This document shows, one piece after another, positions 58,571 to 64,000 of a stretch of DNA of 64,000 nt (positions within the stretch are counted from its first letter, which is position 1; each line of letters begins with the position of its first letter). The notes below the pieces were generated by a model that was not told the origin of the DNA, searched no databases, and was given only the letters and a program-made list of their open reading frames with translations. Both the position numbers and the translations under genes were made by a program. The DNA is from Candidatus Binatia bacterium (lineage in GTDB: Bacteria; Desulfobacterota; Binatia; Bin18), in assembly GCA_963666315.2 (NCBI GenBank), contig CAXXHG010000015.1:192001-256000 (forward strand), read 5' to 3'.

Positions 58571-58641
58571 TTGACAGGCTCAGGGCGAACGGAGCGGGAT
58601 GACGGTCTACGGGCCCGTTCGTGCTGCGCCCCGTCGAAGCA
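58571..58641. repeat. Inverted REP doublet
   Basis: TTGACAGGCTCAGGGCGAACGG ... CCGTTCGTGCTGCGCCCCGTCGAAGCA. Confidence 0.7.
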
Positions 58642-58664
58642 GGAACGGCCAGGGACGTATACTT

Positions 58665-59888
58665 TTAGAGTAGAAACAATGCTGCCGGGGATGCAGACTC
58701 TTTTTTCTGCTTCCCCTGTACCTTGAGACTTTTCTGCTTCCCCTGTACCTTGAGACTTTTCTGCTTCCCCTGTACCTTGAGACTTTTCTTCTTTCTCAGC
58801 ACAATCTTTCCGCCTCCTTGTGGTCGGGTAAACACACCGCGTTTCTGCATTAACCGGATCTGGGGCTCCAACACCTTTTCCTTGTACTCGGCATGCTGCA
58901 TGGGCTTGCGTTTGAGCCAGAGGTTCTTGGGATAAATAGGCTGCTCGTAAATAAGCGCCAGCACTTCCGTTCGCAAATCCTTTATCCAGTTCATAAGCGG
59001 AGAGCGGTCGCGGAAGTCGCGTAGCGCTTCGATGTCAATCGCTCCCCCGCAGTACGACGACCCCGCGCCGTAATCATGCCGAGCGATAATCCGGCCTTTA
59101 TAGTCCACAATCATCGAGTGACCACCAAAGGTATCCACCGGCAACTTGGAGTCGGGCAGGAGATAATACGTACCGAGATTTGGTGCCACCATATAACACG
59201 TATTATCAAGCGCACGGGCACGGTTTTGGACTTCCCAGGCACCATTGCCCACATGGGGCTCAGGGAAAGCAGGTCGGCAGATGACCTCTGCGCCGTTCAT
59301 AGCCAGGCCGCGTATCAGTTCAGGATAGGATCCTTCGTTGGCCATACACAGACCGATCTTTCCAATGTCGGTATCCGCTACGGGGAAAAAGGAATCCAGA
59401 GATTTTCCATGAATTCGAATCCAACGATCCCATACGTCGTGTGGGCATACCGAATGTTCAACCGGAAACAGGGGTGAATTCTTCCGATGGCGGAGGATCA
59501 GCCGACCCTGGGGAGAAATGAGAAAGACACTATTAAAAAACATACCGGGAAACTCGGGCTCACGCGCCTTCGCGGTTGCCACCACATAGGCGTCAAACTC
59601 CTTGGCCAACTTGCCCAGCACCTGCGTCTCAGGGCCGGGGATGTCGATAGCGATCTCTTCAGCGTATTTTTCGTGGTCCCAGTCAAACACCTCATCCGTA
59701 AAGCCTTGCAGTCCGCCCTCGGGTATCACAATCAAACGTACCGGCAGATCCAAGCTGGACAGCCAACGCGCCGCTGCACATATCTCGTGCAGATGCTCAA
59801 GATTCTCGGCAATCTGTTCTCGCTTCAGGACGCCTCGTACTGTTGGTGAGATCCCAACTGCCACGTATGGGTGCACTGCTTTGGGCAT
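58665..59888 (-). CDS. Nitrilase-superfamily carbon-nitrogen hydrolase-like protein with a Lys-rich repeat tail
   Basis: VIPEG, FNS.FLISP.G, RK, VADTDIGKIG, RARALDN.CY, GG.SMIVD..G; GGAGG RBS before ATG 59888. Confidence 0.85.
   Translation of the reverse strand: MPKAVHPYVAVGISPTVRGVLKREQIAENLEHLHEICAAARWLSSLDLPVRLIVIPEGGLQGFTDEVFDWDHEKYAEEIAIDIPGPETQVLGKLAKEFDAYVVATAKAREPEFPGMFFNSVFLISPQGRLILRHRKNSPLFPVEHSVCPHDVWDRWIRIHGKSLDSFFPVADTDIGKIGLCMANEGSYPELIRGLAMNGAEVICRPAFPEPHVGNGAWEVQNRARALDNTCYMVAPNLGTYYLLPDSKLPVDTFGGHSMIVDYKGRIIARHDYGAGSSYCGGAIDIEALRDFRDRSPLMNWIKDLRTEVLALIYEQPIYPKNLWLKRKPMQHAEYKEKVLEPQIRLMQKRGVFTRPQGGGKIVLRKKKSLKVQGKQKSLKVQGKQKSLKVQGKQKKESASPAALFLL
58703..58789 (-). repeat. 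Three exact 27-bp tandem repeats plus 6 nt, encoding (SLKVQGKQK)x3
   Basis: TTTTCTGCTTCCCCTGTACCTTGAGAC at 58703, 58730 and 58757. Confidence 0.97.
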
Positions 59889-60048
59889 GCCCTTACCTCC
59901 TGCTTTGTCTGGGGATATGATGTCGAACGATACCATGACCGGCAGGCAGGTGAAAGGAGAAATGCCCTCTCCTGTCTGAATGGCCAGAAAAACTTCCCGC
60001 TAGATTTCTGTTCTTGTGAGAGAAAACCATCATTGAGAGAAGACCGGC

Positions 60049-61482
60049 ATGGAGCACGTCACGATCGAATCGCCTACTCAACCCGTTCAATCTGCACCAT
60101 ACGAGCGCCTGCCCGTCGTGGCCTTGGTTGGGCGGCCAAACGTCGGCAAGTCGACGCTGTTTAACCGTTTCAGCCATAGACGCAAAGCCGTCGTCGACAA
60201 CACTCCGGGGGTGACTCGAGACCGGAACTTTGCCCAAGTCAAATGGGACAATACCCCATTCTTGCTCGTGGATACCGGCGGTATCGATCTGAGAGAAAAC
60301 GAAGGCATCGTCGGACAGGTCCAAGCACAAACCCGTTTGGCTATCGACGAAGCCGATCTCGTCATTTTTTTATTTGATGGCAAAGAAGGTATTAATCCTG
60401 AAGATGCACAAGCCGTCAATATCCTCCGACGGAGCAAAAAGCCCGTTTTCTTTGTGGTGAACAAGGTTGACGGGGACCGCCAAGAACTCGCTGCGAGTGA
60501 ATTCTATAGACTAGGCTTAGAGTCCTTCTTTCCGATATCAGCCGCACATGGCCGCGGCATCTCGGAGCTCCTGGATACAGTAGTAGAAACCTTCACTCAC
60601 ATAGACGAGCACGCGGCTACTCCGGACTCAACGCATGCCACAACGGCGCGAACGGAGAGACCCGATATCCGGCTCGCCATCGTGGGTCGTCCGAACGTCG
60701 GCAAGTCTTCGTTGCTGAACCGTCTTGTTGGGGCCGAACGCTCTATTGTTGATGCTGCACCAGGCACCACGCGGGATGCCATAGATACTCGCATTGAGTG
60801 GCAAGACAAGAATATTCTCCTGGTGGATACGGCGGGGGTGCGGAGGCGTACACGCATTCACGAGCACATCGAACAAGCCAGTTCCTTCAATGCGCTCAAG
60901 GCGCTGGAGCGCGCAGAGGTCGGCCTGCTGGTGTTCGACGCGAGCGAAGGGATGACGGATCAAGACGCACGTCTCATTCGTTATGCCTGGGAGCGCGGAC
61001 GCGGCATAGTCATCGTCGTCAATAAATGGGACCTAATTCCGTCAGACAAGAAAAACCAAGCGCGCTTTACGGATGCCCTGCATGAAGAGTTTCCATTCAC
61101 CCAGCCCATGCCCATTGTTTTTCTCTCGGCACTCACCGGCTCACGGGTCAAGAATTTGCTGCCAACCGTATATCGCGTCTCCCAAGCCCGTCGTATCGAG
61201 ATTCCTACCCCCGTGCTGAACCGTGTATTTCAGGAATGGACGTCGCGCCACCCCGCCCCCATATACAAACGCAAGTCCGTGCGCTTTTATTATACTACCC
61301 AGGTAGAGACGAGGCCGCCCAAGATTGCCATCTACACAAGCTCCCCGGACGGCGTTCCGGCACATTACGCACGTTATTTAGAGAATCAATTGCGCAAGGA
61401 ATTTGATCTCATCGGCGCGCCGATCCGTCTCGACTTCCGCGCCCGCCGCCCGGATCGATACAGCGAGAAGAGAAAAAAATAG
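60049..61482 (+). CDS. der: Ribosome biogenesis GTPase Der/EngA
   Basis: Two GRPNVGKS P-loops, DTGG/DTAG, NKVD/NKWD, YLENQLR. Confidence 0.97.
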   Translation: MEHVTIESPTQPVQSAPYERLPVVALVGRPNVGKSTLFNRFSHRRKAVVDNTPGVTRDRNFAQVKWDNTPFLLVDTGGIDLRENEGIVGQVQAQTRLAIDEADLVIFLFDGKEGINPEDAQAVNILRRSKKPVFFVVNKVDGDRQELAASEFYRLGLESFFPISAAHGRGISELLDTVVETFTHIDEHAATPDSTHATTARTERPDIRLAIVGRPNVGKSSLLNRLVGAERSIVDAAPGTTRDAIDTRIEWQDKNILLVDTAGVRRRTRIHEHIEQASSFNALKALERAEVGLLVFDASEGMTDQDARLIRYAWERGRGIVIVVNKWDLIPSDKKNQARFTDALHEEFPFTQPMPIVFLSALTGSRVKNLLPTVYRVSQARRIEIPTPVLNRVFQEWTSRHPAPIYKRKSVRFYYTTQVETRPPKIAIYTSSPDGVPAHYARYLENQLRKEFDLIGAPIRLDFRARRPDRYSEKRKK

Positions 61483-61523
61483 CCGGATAGACGGTGCAGT
61501 CCACCTCGTTGTTTGTCGAGCAG

Positions 61524-61985
61524 CTAGTACACCCCTGTCGGCAACTTGGTGTGATCCCAGCTTGACGTTTTGACCGGCGTGATCTTGAGGACAGCACGCT
61601 TTTTGGCCCGCTCTTTCAGGACAGCATCTTCCGCTGGATTCACAACCGTCCCCTGAAAATCCCGGATGTCTTTCATAATCCGCCACACGTCCTCCGGACT
61701 CTCTATGACTTCACAATCACCCCGAATCAAGACACCTTTGAGTTCGCTATAGGCGAGTCCGGACTCGACCATGACCGCCACTTTTTTATTTCTTTTGGCA
61801 TTCAGAACTTTCTGTGCCTTCTTAAAAGAAGTCATATAAATAATGCCGTCCTTAGCCATATAGGCCATAGCGACCGCATGCGGATAGCCGTCCCTACCCA
61901 CGGTACACAGCGCCATATTGCGGGCTTCGGCGAGGTAAGCGGCGAGCCCCTCAGGTGTCATGGCAATATGATTACGTCGGTTCAT
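61524..61985 (-). CDS. PPOX-class (possibly F420-dependent) protein
   Basis: NRR..I.MT, TVGRDGYPHAVAM.Y, QKV.N..R, Y.ELKGV, SWDH.KL. Confidence 0.82.
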   Translation of the reverse strand: MNRRNHIAMTPEGLAAYLAEARNMALCTVGRDGYPHAVAMAYMAKDGIIYMTSFKKAQKVLNAKRNKKVAVMVESGLAYSELKGVLIRGDCEVIESPEDVWRIMKDIRDFQGTVVNPAEDAVLKERAKKRAVLKITPVKTSSWDHTKLPTGVY

Positions 61986-62003
61986 TGTTTCCTCCCCGGC
62001 CGT

Positions 62004-62753
62004 TTACTGGGCAAACCAGCCGCCATCGATCACCAGTTCAATACCCGTTGTGTAGGACGCTTCATCAGAGCACAGGTAGAGTGAGCCAAAGGCAATCTCT
62101 TCCGGTCGGCCAAGCCGACCCATGGGGGTGGCTTTTTTGATCTGCTCATTTTGTTCAGGCGTGAGACCAGCCAAGATCGGCGTATCAATCTGACCCGGAT
62201 GGATGGAGTTCACTCGAATACCTTGCCGGACATACTCCAACGCCGCGGCTTTGGTCATAATGCGCACCGCTCCCTTTGTGGCATGGTAGGCAATCGAACC
62301 GGGGCTCCCAATCAGACCATACAACGATGAAATGTTCACAATCACGCCATTGCCTGAATCACGCAGAGCCGGCACTGCCGCTTTCATCCCGAGCCAGACA
62401 CCGGTCTGATTAATCGCTAACATCTTATTCCATTTTTCCGGTGTTTCCTCCTCGACCCCACCCGGCCAATACACACCGGCATTATTGATGAGCGTGGTCA
62501 GCTTGCCGAACTGTGAGGTCGCCGCATTGACTGCATTTTTCCAGTCGTCGGCATTGGTCACATCCAGACGCACGAAGGCGGCGTAGCCGCCTTCGTTATT
62601 GACGCCGTCAACAACTTCACGCCCTTTGTCTTCTTGTACATCCGCTACCACGACCTCGGCTCCTTCCGCAGCGAATACGCGCACGTGGGCGGCTCCAATA
62701 CCGCTTGCCCCACCTGATACGAGTGCGACTTTTCCGTCTAATCGTCCTGCCAT
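62004..62753 (-). CDS. SDR oxidoreductase (3alpha,20beta-HSD / cyclopentanol dehydrogenase-like)
   Basis: SGGASGIG, NNAG, YHATK, RVNSIHPG; AAGGAGG RBS. Confidence 0.92.
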   Translation of the reverse strand: MAGRLDGKVALVSGGASGIGAAHVRVFAAEGAEVVVADVQEDKGREVVDGVNNEGGYAAFVRLDVTNADDWKNAVNAATSQFGKLTTLINNAGVYWPGGVEEETPEKWNKMLAINQTGVWLGMKAAVPALRDSGNGVIVNISSLYGLIGSPGSIAYHATKGAVRIMTKAAALEYVRQGIRVNSIHPGQIDTPILAGLTPEQNEQIKKATPMGRLGRPEEIAFGSLYLCSDEASYTTGIELVIDGGWFAQ

Positions 62754-62902
62754 ATATGCCTCCTTACTGCAATTCATCGGATATCTGCAGCTGATCGGCC
62801 CGCACCTTAGCTGAGGCGGTTTCTGCACGCAAGGAATTGAGCAGGAATTGGCAGGGCCGCAGCCAAGTGGTAGTGATGGTGCGCATATAGGAGGACGTCC
62901 GC

Positions 62903-64000
62903 ATGGATTTTCAACTCACGGATGAACGACAAGAAATCTGCAAACAGGTGCGCGCCTTATGTTCGCGCTTCCCGGACGAATACTGGCGCGGACGGGATGA
63001 GAGCGGGGAATTCCCGTGGGACTTCTACCAGGCTTTTGCTGACGGAGGCTGGTTGGGGATCACCATTCCGAAAGAGTACGGCGGTGCCGGACTCGGCATT
63101 ACGGATGCGGCGCTGGTGATGCAAACGGTTGCCGAATCCGGCGGCGGGACCCAAGCCTGCTCGTCCATCCATTTAGGCATCTTCGGTCTGGAGCCGCTGA
63201 TTAAATATGGCACCCAGGCGGCCAAAGACAAATACCTTGCGCCCATACTCAGTGGCGAGCTTCATGTTTCGTTTGCGGTGACCGAGCCCGACGCGGGTAC
63301 GAATACGACCCAGATCAGCACGTTTGCGACCAAGAGTGGCGACGGCTATATCATCAACGGGCGCAAAGCCTTTATCACCAAGGCCCAAGAGTCCAAGAAA
63401 ATGCTGCTGCTGACCCGAACCACGCCGTATGACGAGGTGGACAAAAAAACCATGGGCATCAGCCTCTTCTTTGCGGACATTGACCCAAAAGCCGTGGAGG
63501 TCACCGAACTCCACAAACTGGGCCGGAAAGCCGTTGATACAAACATGTTGTTTATCGACAACCTGTACGTGCCAAAAGAAGATCTTATTGGTGAGGAAGG
63601 CCGGGGCTTTTACTACCTACTGGACGGCATTAACCCGGAACGTATCCTGATTGCCGCCGAGTGCATAGGCATGGGCAAGCGGGCGGTTGAGAAAGCCGTC
63701 CAGTATGCCAAAGAGCGCGTGGTTTTTGGTCGTCCGATTGGAAAGAATCAGGGCATTCAGTTTCCACTGGCCGAATCCTTTGCCAAACTCGAAACCGCTG
63801 AACTCATGGTCTATAAGGCCGCCAGTTTATACGACCGAGGCCAGCAGTGTGGCAAAGAAGCCAATATCGCCAAATATATGGCAGCAGAAGCAGCCTGTGA
63901 GGCGACAGACCGAGCCATTCAAACCCATGGCGGGTATGGCTATATCAAGGAATACGATGTCGAACGCTACTGGCGCGAAGCGCGCCTGTTCCGTATCGCT
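62903..64000 (+). CDS. Acyl-CoA dehydrogenase (3' end runs off the window)
   Basis: Manual translation from ATG 62903 (AGGAGG RBS): MDFQLTDE...FAVTEPDAG...INGRKAFIT...KERVVFGRPIGKNQ...GGYGYIKEYDVER. Confidence 0.92.
   Translation, partial: MDFQLTDERQEICKQVRALCSRFPDEYWRGRDESGEFPWDFYQAFADGGWLGITIPKEYGGAGLGITDAALVMQTVAESGGGTQACSSIHLGIFGLEPLIKYGTQAAKDKYLAPILSGELHVSFAVTEPDAGTNTTQISTFATKSGDGYIINGRKAFITKAQESKKMLLLTRTTPYDEVDKKTMGISLFFADIDPKAVEVTELHKLGRKAVDTNMLFIDNLYVPKEDLIGEEGRGFYYLLDGINPERILIAAECIGMGKRAVEKAVQYAKERVVFGRPIGKNQGIQFPLAESFAKLETAELMVYKAASLYDRGQQCGKEANIAKYMAAEAACEATDRAIQTHGGYGYIKEYDVERYWREARLFRIA

Noticed and set aside
58703-58789. CRISPR array
   Set aside because: The repeats are contiguous with no spacers and lie in frame within a CDS.

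Overview
Bacterial chromosomal segment of moderate GC. The gene content (many acyl-CoA dehydrogenases, F420-type LLM/PPOX oxidoreductases, queA-tgt-yajC-secDF-recJ, coaBC, der) suggests a Deltaproteobacteria-like lineage such as Binatota; that taxonomy is inference only. The left third (1-22.5 kb) is an accessory catabolic/redox region in visible decay: about nine genes carry in-frame stops, 1-2 nt frameshifts, mutated start codons or an IS30-associated truncation. The right two-thirds is mostly intact housekeeping DNA, interrupted by a ~2.9 kb accessory patch between queA and tgt (deleted TolB-like gene, two ~100 bp repeats carrying the first codons of a Y1/RAYT-like transposase, a toxin-first RelE/XRE TA pair and a lipoprotein). 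The best leads for undescribed biology are: (i) a GST / Lon-N / orphan NuoI / rhodanese-E1 / ubiquitin-like gene string whose Ubl ends GG-VRG; (ii) a free-standing archaeal-type ThrRS editing domain; (iii) two enzymes with repeat-built Lys-rich tails, one of them a nitrilase-fold protein lacking the canonical Cys; and (iv) a REP palindrome translated in-frame in a secreted protease. No tRNA, rRNA or CRISPR array was recognised. All family calls come from motif recognition by eye; no database searches were run.
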